In this document: one piece after another, positions 20,158-27,905 of the stretch
Numbering within the stretch: the stretch's first letter is position 1
Layout of the letters: the number at the start of each line of letters is the position of its first letter
Assembly (NCBI GenBank): GCA_051942205.1
Contig: JAVECO010000001.1
Location: forward strand, 310,001-337,905
DNA from: Coniocarpon cinnabarinum
Taxonomy: Eukaryota
Reading direction: 5' to 3'
DNA: 27,905 nt
Program-made: the position numbers and the translations under genes
Notes under the pieces: generated by a model
The model's database searches: none
What the model was told of the DNA's origin: nothing
What the model saw: only the letters and a program-made list of their open reading frames with translations

Positions 20158-20735
20158 AGTGAGGGCGGCTCGGAGGAAATCTGAGGATACGACAGGAGTT
20201 GGAAGCTGAGAAGTGGCGCAGAGGATTAGAGGGTCCTGCGATTGGCGCAATCGCTTGCGTAGTGTGAGACTGAAATGTTCGGGTGTCGAATAAATACCCA
20301 AAGCTAGAGGGTCTCGTGCAAACGAGCTCACATGCACTTTTAGGCTGCGGCGCTCTTTGACCGTCGCGGAGTTTAGCGTCATTGCTCCCGCTTGGCCGCA
20401 AAAGGAAATAGCTGGTGCGAAAAATACATGACTCGAGATGACATTAACGACGTCGTTTACCCGCAAAATGAATTTTCACTGCGGCGATTTACGACAACTT
20501 TACTCGAATGTGCTTCCGGATCGACTGCGTGATTTGCGATAAGCCAAATTGGAAAGGGTGCGGTCGACACGTTGAGCAAGCTCTGAGAAACGTGCCAGAA
20601 GACAAACGCTGCTCTTGTCAGGATTTCAACCATTCCATCTGGACCTGGTCAACCTTTGCAGGCTTGACAACAATAACCTGGTGAGAACTCTGTGGTTACA
20701 ACTTATAGCCATTCTCAGTATTAGCAAGACCGACC

Positions 20736-23700
20736 ATGGCGCCTGCCATTGATCACTCAGCAAGAACACTGCAGGACTTGGAGTCACAATGGCTGCAGCA
20801 GATGCAGGACATGCGGGACGCTATCGCTGAGCTAGATCTGTGGAAAGATTCGAACAGCGTAGTCAAACCCTACGGCCACGATATTCCCTTGACAGCTGGA
20901 CCTGCCTGTTCTGAACATGCAAGCGATGACATTTGGGATCTCATTAGCGATACTGATGATAGCACTGCTCAGCATGATTCATGTGACGGCGCGGGAGAGA
21001 TTTTGCCACACTCGCCTCTTGCAAATGGCTTCAAACACGATCTACACTGGCTTTCCGACGCCTGCGCAGAAGCTTCAAGGGGCAAAATTGATGTCGATGC
21101 AGAAGAGCTGCAACAACAAATTAGGAGCACTCTCGGCTCTGATGCCTTGGATGACGAGCTTCAAGCTTTGCTGACAGACATATTGGGTTTCGACCATCTG
21201 GAACTGGTGATAGATTTGATACAGCATCGATCAGAAATCCTCAATTCCAGCACACGGCAAGACAGTACTGCCGCATCAAATGGCCTCCATTCTAAGAAGC
21301 AGCGCGTAGAGGCTCTGCGCCGGCAGGATGTTGCACACAAATCTGCACCTCTAGCTCCAGCAGTCAATCGAAGTGGCTCGACCTACCCACACGTTTACAA
21401 GAGCCATGATGCTGGCAACACACTTTCGGCATTTGGTCAGCCGTACGCATTGCCAAAAGGTAGCGAACGCACTGAACATGACAAGTATGAAGAGTTTTCT
21501 ATTCCAGCTTCGCAAGTCGGCAAGGTTTCAGCTGGACAGCAGCTAGTTCCAGTGTCGACGATGGATGGATTATGTAGGCGCACCTTCAAGGGCTATCGGT
21601 CTCTCAACAGAATGCAAAGCTTGCTCTATCCGTTGGCGTACCATTCGAACGAGAACATGCTTGTATGCGCTCCTACTGGAGCTGGAAAAACAGACGCTGC
21701 CATGCTCACAATTCTCAATGCCATTGGACGTCACATCACGCCAAACCCTCACGAAGAGCCAGGCATGGAAGAATTTGCAGTAGAGACAGATGCCTTCAAA
21801 ATCGTATATGTAGCACCAATGAAGGCGTTGGCTGCTGAGATTACCGAAAAGTTCTCGAAACGGCTATCCTGGCTTGGCATTGAATGCAGAGAATTCACTG
21901 GTGACATGCATCTGACAAAGTCTGAAATCCAGCGCACTTACATCATCGTGACCACTCCGGAAAAGTGGGACGTTGTCACTCGAAAAAGCACAGGTGACAC
22001 TGAGCTGGTGCAGAAGGTTCGTTTGCTCATCATTGATGAAGTACACATGCTGCACGATGAGCGTGGAGCTGTGCTTGAGTCTCTTGTTGCGCGAACGCAA
22101 CGCCAAGTCGAGAGTACACAGTCGTTGATACGCATAGTTGGTCTGTCAGCGACTCTGCCGAACTATGAGGATGTTGCAGATTTTCTCAAGGTCAACAAGA
22201 TGGCCGGTCTATTCTATTTCGACTCCTCGTTTCGTCCGGTGCCTCTAGAACAGCACTTCGTCGGTATCAAGGGCAGGGAAGGCACGAAGCTTGCGAGAGA
22301 CAATCTCGATCTCATAGCGTACGAAAAGGTCAAGAGCATGCTCGAGCAGGGTCACCAAGTCATGCTATTTGTGCATTCACGCAAGGACACTTATAGAGCC
22401 GCAATCTCTTTGTTCGAGCAGGCGCAAAAAGACATGGCTATGGAGCTCTTCGATCCAGCCGGCCACGAGAAATACGACCGGGCTGTTCGTGACATTAAGA
22501 ACACACGTGCGAAGGAGCTTCGTGAGTTGTTGCCGAAGGGCATGGGTACGCATCATGCTGGCATGGCTCGGTCAGACAGAAATCTCATGGAATGTCTATT
22601 TGCGGAAGGGGTACTGAAGGTTCTGTGTTGTACTGCGACTTTGGCATGGGGAGTCAACCTTCCTGCCGCGGCTGTCATCATCAAGGGGACTCAACTCTAC
22701 TCTTCCGAGGAAGGCAAGTTTGTGGACCTGGGAATCCTCGACGTTTTGCAAATATTCGGGCGTGCGGGTCGACCACAGTTTCAAGATACAGGAACAGGCT
22801 TCATCCTCACTGCGCAAGACAAACTACAACACTACCTCTCTGCTGTGACCCAGCAGCAACCCATCGAATCACGCTTCTCAAAGCGTCTTGCTGACAACTT
22901 AAATGCCGAGATTGCGCTCGGCACAGTGACTTCAGTTTCCGAGGCTGTGCAGTGGATGGGTTACTCATACCTTTACGTTAGAATGCGGCGCAACCCTTTC
23001 TCGTATGGCATTGACTGGTCTGAGATACATGACGACCCGATGCTTGTGCAAAGGCGACGTAAGCTTGTCATCGATGCTGCGCGGATACTGCAAGAGAGTC
23101 AAATGATCATTTTCAATGAGACTACCGAAGAGCTTCGGTCCAAAGACGTGGGTCGAATTGCGAGCCAATATTATGTTCTGCAGACAAGCATACAGATCTT
23201 CAACACGATGATGAGCCCGGAGAAGGGAGAAGCTGACGCACTCAAAATGATCAGCATGAGTGGCGAATTTGACAACGTTCAGTCACGAGATAGCGAGTCC
23301 AAAGAGCTTTTCCATATCAAGAACGATGTCTGTCCATGCGAAATTGAGAGCGGCATCGACACGAACCATGGCAAGGTCAACATACTGCTGCAGAACTACA
23401 TTTCGCGAGGTCGAGTGGAAGATTTCACGTTGGTGTCTGACACGAACTACGTTGCGCAAAACTCTGCTCGCATATGCCGCTCGCTCTTCATGATTGCGTT
23501 GAACCGAAGATGGGGCTATGAATGTCTTGTGCTACTCACTCTTTGCAAATCCATTGAAAAACAAATATGGCCGTATGAGCACCCGTTGCGTCAATTCGAC
23601 TTGCCTCAGCCAGTTCTTCGCAACCTCGATGAGAAGGGATCGACAACCTCAATAGATTCGTTGCGGGAGATGGATGCGCTTGAGATCGGCGATTTGGTTC

Positions 23701-26700
23701 ACAACAAGAAAATGGGTACCGTCATTGCAAGGTTGCTTGACAATTTTCCAACTCTGAGCGTAGAAGCTGAGATCGCTCCCTTGAATAGAGATGTGCTCCG
23801 TGTGCGCCTGTTCCTGACTCCAGAGTTCATCTGGAATGATCGTCACCATGGAAAATCAGAGAGCTATTGGATTTGGGTTGAAAATTCTGAAACCTCGGAG
23901 ATATACCACCATGAGCTGTTCTTGCTCAGCAGAAAGAAGATTCATGACACGCATGAGCTGGCTTTTACCATTCCCTTGTCGGATCCTATTCCGAACCAAA
24001 TTTATGTTCGAGCTGTATCAGATCGCTGGCTTGGAGCAGAGACTGTTACAGCTGTATCGTTTCAGCACCTTATCCGTCCTGACACTGAAAGCGTCTACAC
24101 AGATCTGCTAGACCTGCAACCATTACCACTTAAAGCTCTTAAGAATCCGGCGCTGGAAGACGTGTACGGGAAGCGCTTCCAGTACTTCAATCCTATGCAA
24201 ACGCAATTGTTTCACTGCATGTATCATACCGCATCTAATGTCCTTCTGGGGTCTCCAACGGGCTCAGGGAAGACAGTTGCAGCAGAGTTGGCCATGTGGT
24301 GGGCTTTCCGAGAGAAACCGGGCTCCAAGGTCGTCTATATTGCTCCTATGAAAGCATTGGTCCGCGAGAGGGTAATTGACTGGCGGTCACGCCTTGCCAT
24401 CCCGCTTGGCCTTCGCCTTGTCGAGTTGACGGGTGATAATACGCCAGATACGTCGACGATTCGCAATGCAGACATCATCATCACTACTCCCGAGAAATGG
24501 GACGGAATTAGTCGCTCGTGGCAGACGAGGTCTTACGTTCAACAAGTCTCGCTCGTGATCATCGACGAGATTCATTTGCTTGGTGGCGATCGTGGTCCCA
24601 TTCTCGAGATTATTGTGAGCCGCATGAACTACATCGCATCGCAAAAGAAAGGCTCTGTGCGTCTTGTCGGCATGTCCACAGCTTGCGCCAATGCTACCGA
24701 CCTTGCCAACTGGCTTGGTGTCAAACAATCAGAAGGCGGGTTATTCAATTTCCGTCACAGTGTCCGTCCGGTGCCACTCGAAATTTATATCGATGGCTTC
24801 CCGGAGCAACGCGGCTTTTGTCCCTTCATGCAGAGCATGAATCGTCCCACATTTCTCTCGATCAAGTCTCACTCGCCTGACAAGCCTGTCATCGTATTCG
24901 TTGCCTCTCGTCGTCAGACACGACTGACAGCGCGCGACCTGATCAATTTTTGCGGCATGGAGGATAATCCTCGTCGTTTCGTGCGCATGTCCGAAGACGA
25001 TCTTGCCTTAAATTTAGATCGCGTTAAGGATGATGCTTTGCGAGAAGCGCTCAGCTTCGGCATTGGCCTTCACCATGCAGGTCTCGTTGAGTCCGATCGC
25101 CAACTCACTGAGGAACTGTTCGCGAACAACAAGATCCAAATCCTCGTGGCCACTTCGACGCTCGCATGGGGTGTCAATCTTCCTGCTCATCTCGTTGTCG
25201 TCAAGGGCACACAATACTTCGACGCTAAGATAGAAGGCTACAAAGACATGGATTTAACTGACGTGTTGCAAATGTTGGGACGTGCTGGACGGCCCCAATT
25301 TGACTCAAGCGGTATCGCTCGCATCTTCACGCAAGACAGCAAGAAAGAGTTCTACAAGCACTTCCTGCATACTGGGTTCCCTGTCGAGAGTTCTTTGCAC
25401 AATGTGTTGGACAATCACTTGGCTGCCGAGGTTTCTGCTGAGACGATTGCTACTAAGCAGGATGCGTTGGACTACTTGACGTGGACCTTCTTCTTCCGCC
25501 GCATACATAAGAATCCCTCGTTCTACGGTCTCGATATCAGTCCGGAGGAACAGTCATCTTCGGTAGCCCAAACAAAGGCAAATGAGCACATGGTCGCGAT
25601 CGTCGATAAATCGCTCTCCGAACTGGCAGAGTCGCAGTGTGTAGAACTTCATTCCAACGGTGACGTCGACCCTACGCCATTTGGGAAGATCATGTCGTAC
25701 TACTACCTGTCTCACATGACGATCCGTCATTTCCTCTCTGCAGCCTCTCCCGCTGCTACATTCGCAGATGTCTTATCAATGATGTGCCGAGCCACCGAAT
25801 ACGATGACCTCCCCGTTCGCCACAACGAAGACCTCATCAATGCGGAACTCTCCCGTGCATTGCCTGTACCACCGGACAAGCTCGGTCTGCCCATGTGGGA
25901 TCCACACGTCAAGGCGTTCTTGCTTCTGCAAGCGCACTTTTCAAGGATTGACTTGCCTATTTCTGATTACGTGGGTGATCAGATCAGCGTCCTTGATCAG
26001 AGCATTCGTATTATTCAAGCGGGCATCGATGTGCTTGCGGAACTGGGACATGTCGAAAGTGTGTTGCAAATGATTACGCTTTTGCAGTGTGTCAAGTCTG
26101 CGCGCTGGCCTGACGATGCACCCCTCTCTATCTTTCCCGGCGTGGACGCCGACTCTACTAAGACTCAGAGTTGGAATCTGAATCAACTTGCGAGTTCTCT
26201 ACCCAACTTTCCTAACAGCATCATCCAGTCTCTGGACGTGCCCAGAGTCCAATCCGAAGCGTTCAAGCGCGCCGCGAGATCCCTTCCGAACCTTTCCGTG
26301 ACCGCACCATCAAATAATGTGACAGCTGATAAACTAACACTCGACATCCGCCGCGTCAATCCACCCCAAGACAAAGAAGACAGAATGTACGCCCCGCGCT
26401 ACCCAAAACCGCAAAGCGAAGGTTTCTTCGTGATCGTCACGAACCGCGTCACAAAAGCACTAATAGCGATTAAGCGCCTCAGCTGGTCGCAGGCGTCACG
26501 AAATAAAGACAGCGCCAAAGCCCAGAGTAGTGCTCGAGGTGCAGAGCGGCGTGTCAAGCCTGTTATCAGGCTGCCCTGGCATAATGAGCCGATTGTGTTG
26601 GATGTGAGGGTGTGCAGTGATGGGTATATTGGGATGGAATGGGTTGTACAGGGTGTGGAGGTTGAGGCTTGTAAGGTTGAAGATGTGGCGACGATTAGTG

Positions 26701-26735
26701 TGGAGGAGGGGCCGAATGTTAAGAAAGAGACTTGA
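20736..26735 (+). CDS. SLH1: Ski2-like tandem DExH helicase with two Sec63 domains, Slh1/Rqt2/ASCC3 type (ribosome quality-control trigger), 1999 aa, intronless
   Basis: Two helicase cassettes (APTGAGKT/DEVH/GRAGRPQF and SPTGSGKT/DEIH/GRAGRPQFD). YPHVY motif in the N-terminal region and intact second-cassette motifs, which favour Slh1/ASCC3 over Brr2. Confidence 0.92.
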   Translation: MAPAIDHSARTLQDLESQWLQQMQDMRDAIAELDLWKDSNSVVKPYGHDIPLTAGPACSEHASDDIWDLISDTDDSTAQHDSCDGAGEILPHSPLANGFKHDLHWLSDACAEASRGKIDVDAEELQQQIRSTLGSDALDDELQALLTDILGFDHLELVIDLIQHRSEILNSSTRQDSTAASNGLHSKKQRVEALRRQDVAHKSAPLAPAVNRSGSTYPHVYKSHDAGNTLSAFGQPYALPKGSERTEHDKYEEFSIPASQVGKVSAGQQLVPVSTMDGLCRRTFKGYRSLNRMQSLLYPLAYHSNENMLVCAPTGAGKTDAAMLTILNAIGRHITPNPHEEPGMEEFAVETDAFKIVYVAPMKALAAEITEKFSKRLSWLGIECREFTGDMHLTKSEIQRTYIIVTTPEKWDVVTRKSTGDTELVQKVRLLIIDEVHMLHDERGAVLESLVARTQRQVESTQSLIRIVGLSATLPNYEDVADFLKVNKMAGLFYFDSSFRPVPLEQHFVGIKGREGTKLARDNLDLIAYEKVKSMLEQGHQVMLFVHSRKDTYRAAISLFEQAQKDMAMELFDPAGHEKYDRAVRDIKNTRAKELRELLPKGMGTHHAGMARSDRNLMECLFAEGVLKVLCCTATLAWGVNLPAAAVIIKGTQLYSSEEGKFVDLGILDVLQIFGRAGRPQFQDTGTGFILTAQDKLQHYLSAVTQQQPIESRFSKRLADNLNAEIALGTVTSVSEAVQWMGYSYLYVRMRRNPFSYGIDWSEIHDDPMLVQRRRKLVIDAARILQESQMIIFNETTEELRSKDVGRIASQYYVLQTSIQIFNTMMSPEKGEADALKMISMSGEFDNVQSRDSESKELFHIKNDVCPCEIESGIDTNHGKVNILLQNYISRGRVEDFTLVSDTNYVAQNSARICRSLFMIALNRRWGYECLVLLTLCKSIEKQIWPYEHPLRQFDLPQPVLRNLDEKGSTTSIDSLREMDALEIGDLVHNKKMGTVIARLLDNFPTLSVEAEIAPLNRDVLRVRLFLTPEFIWNDRHHGKSESYWIWVENSETSEIYHHELFLLSRKKIHDTHELAFTIPLSDPIPNQIYVRAVSDRWLGAETVTAVSFQHLIRPDTESVYTDLLDLQPLPLKALKNPALEDVYGKRFQYFNPMQTQLFHCMYHTASNVLLGSPTGSGKTVAAELAMWWAFREKPGSKVVYIAPMKALVRERVIDWRSRLAIPLGLRLVELTGDNTPDTSTIRNADIIITTPEKWDGISRSWQTRSYVQQVSLVIIDEIHLLGGDRGPILEIIVSRMNYIASQKKGSVRLVGMSTACANATDLANWLGVKQSEGGLFNFRHSVRPVPLEIYIDGFPEQRGFCPFMQSMNRPTFLSIKSHSPDKPVIVFVASRRQTRLTARDLINFCGMEDNPRRFVRMSEDDLALNLDRVKDDALREALSFGIGLHHAGLVESDRQLTEELFANNKIQILVATSTLAWGVNLPAHLVVVKGTQYFDAKIEGYKDMDLTDVLQMLGRAGRPQFDSSGIARIFTQDSKKEFYKHFLHTGFPVESSLHNVLDNHLAAEVSAETIATKQDALDYLTWTFFFRRIHKNPSFYGLDISPEEQSSSVAQTKANEHMVAIVDKSLSELAESQCVELHSNGDVDPTPFGKIMSYYYLSHMTIRHFLSAASPAATFADVLSMMCRATEYDDLPVRHNEDLINAELSRALPVPPDKLGLPMWDPHVKAFLLLQAHFSRIDLPISDYVGDQISVLDQSIRIIQAGIDVLAELGHVESVLQMITLLQCVKSARWPDDAPLSIFPGVDADSTKTQSWNLNQLASSLPNFPNSIIQSLDVPRVQSEAFKRAARSLPNLSVTAPSNNVTADKLTLDIRRVNPPQDKEDRMYAPRYPKPQSEGFFVIVTNRVTKALIAIKRLSWSQASRNKDSAKAQSSARGAERRVKPVIRLPWHNEPIVLDVRVCSDGYIGMEWVVQGVEVEACKVEDVATISVEEGPNVKKET

Positions 26736-27221
26736 GTATCATTGAGTGTTTGATGACTGCTTTTGTAGATATTGTACATAACAAAGTATATATTTAAGCT
26801 TATGAAACTGCGGTGCAGGGAACAAGACCGCTCGTACATGACAAGCCGTTGAATACGTTGATTTTAGCATGCAGAGACAAGGTGAGGCTCTCTTTCGCCA
26901 ATCAATTTCAATCAATTTCTTCAAGAATACTGAGATCAATGTACACATCAGATGCGAAAAGATAGAAGTCAATGATATACCACGATTTCATATCACATAT
27001 GCCTCCAAGATCATGAACGCCATACCATCACTCATTGCAGTATCTATTCCCACAACCCACCAACGACTTTTCGTCCAAGTTGCACATCTTCGTTGCTTTA
27101 CTTCATGTGATTCTTCTTTGACCCGTCCCGCGCTATCGACTTCCCTCCATTCGCCCATTGCATCCCGTCTCACCTGGACCCACACACCGATCTCATCCCA
27201 GCCCCTCCACCACAAAACGGT

Positions 27222-27905
27222 CTACCAATCATCATCCTCCTCCTTCTTACTACCACCCATAGCCGCCTGCCTCGCTCTCAACGCCTCCGCCAAAGCCCCC
27301 GCTCCACTCGCCCCACCTCCAGCCGTGCCACTATCCCTGGGCGTCCCCGCTCCACTGCCTCCATTCCCATTCCCAATACCGGAATCTCTAGCCGGAGGCG
27401 CCGGCGGCGCTGGCTTATTACCGCGCTGTGGTCGCTTGGCAGGCGGGGCCGGTGGGGCTTTCTTCCCGGCTGCGGCGCCTGCTGGAGTCGGCGTCGAGCG
27501 ACCTGAATTTGCTGGTGATGCCGCTTGTGCGTTTGTCTTTGCGCCGAGGGCAGCGGCCAATTGAGCGGCAGGACTCGACACCGCAGCACTGCCATTCCCG
27601 TTCGAGTTCAAATTCGCGGTGCCATTAGCTTTAGGTGCTGCAGCAGGACCGGGCGGTGGAGGCGGCGGAGGCGGCGCCCTCGCCTGAGGAACCGGTTCCT
27701 CGTACGGCTCCAGATACGCTTCAGGCGCCCAGCCCTGTTCCGCCGGTTTATCCCGGCGTTTGGCAAGCCACCAGCCATTTCCTTCTTTCTTGTCGACGAC
27801 GATGATTTCGCCTTTGCGAAGGGAGAGTTCGGGGTCGGTCTGGCCGTTGAAGTCGTACATGGCTTTGTATGTGTTTTGGGGTGCTGATTGGGAGGGAGGG
27901 GGAGG
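27222..27905 (-). CDS. myoA: C-terminal part of a fungal type I myosin (SH3, Pro/Ala-rich linker, acidic Arp2/3-activating tail); the 5' part lies outside the window
   Basis: SH3 ([10 protein letters not shown]...ELSLRKGE...GNGWWL...GWAPEAYL) and the terminal [12 protein letters not shown]...EEDDDW* signature of fungal Myo1/Myo3/5. Confidence 0.9.
   Translation of the reverse strand, partial: PPPPSQSAPQNTYKAMYDFNGQTDPELSLRKGEIIVVDKKEGNGWWLAKRRDKPAEQGWAPEAYLEPYEEPVPQARAPPPPPPPPGPAAAPKANGTANLNSNGNGSAAVSSPAAQLAAALGAKTNAQAASPANSGRSTPTPAGAAAGKKAPPAPPAKRPQRGNKPAPPAPPARDSGIGNGNGGSGAGTPRDSGTAGGGASGAGALAEALRARQAAMGGSKKEEDDDW

Noticed and set aside
20736..26735. Alternative identification as spliceosomal Brr2
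   Set aside because: It lacks Brr2-type N-terminal features, and the second cassette retains canonical GSGKT/DEIH motifs, which fits Slh1/ASCC3.
26869..27564. 231-aa plus-strand ORF
   Set aside because: Antisense shadow of the Pro/Ala/Gly-rich myosin tail and its 3'UTR.

Overview
Gene-dense genomic DNA from a eukaryote, most likely a filamentous ascomycete (Pezizomycotina), judged from short GT-AG introns with CTRAC/CTAAC branch sites and fungal-type proteins. I reconstructed the gene models by hand. In order: a class I SAM methyltransferase (-), an SRR1-like protein (-), a 671-aa KAEKE-repeat protein (+), a small 112-aa hypothetical protein (-), the U2AF large subunit (+, 5 exons), an 8-exon secreted cutinase with a ~490-aa Gly/Ser repeat N-terminal extension (-), a DHA2-type MFS transporter (-), the R-SNARE YKT6 (-), an intronless Slh1/ASCC3 tandem helicase (+) and the 3' end of a type I myosin (-). 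No tRNA, rRNA or CRISPR array was seen. The most interesting observations are: (1) a candidate autoregulatory 'poison' 3' splice site in the unusually long first intron of U2AF; (2) the cutinase with Kex2-type sites and exon-specific Gly/Ser repeats; (3) a degenerate tandem array that copies the cutinase stop codon and 3'UTR about 4 times; (4) an array of PxIxIT-like motifs in the KAEKE protein; (5) a ~125-bp MITE-like inverted-repeat element. Splice models and family assignments come from reading the sequence only; no searches were run.
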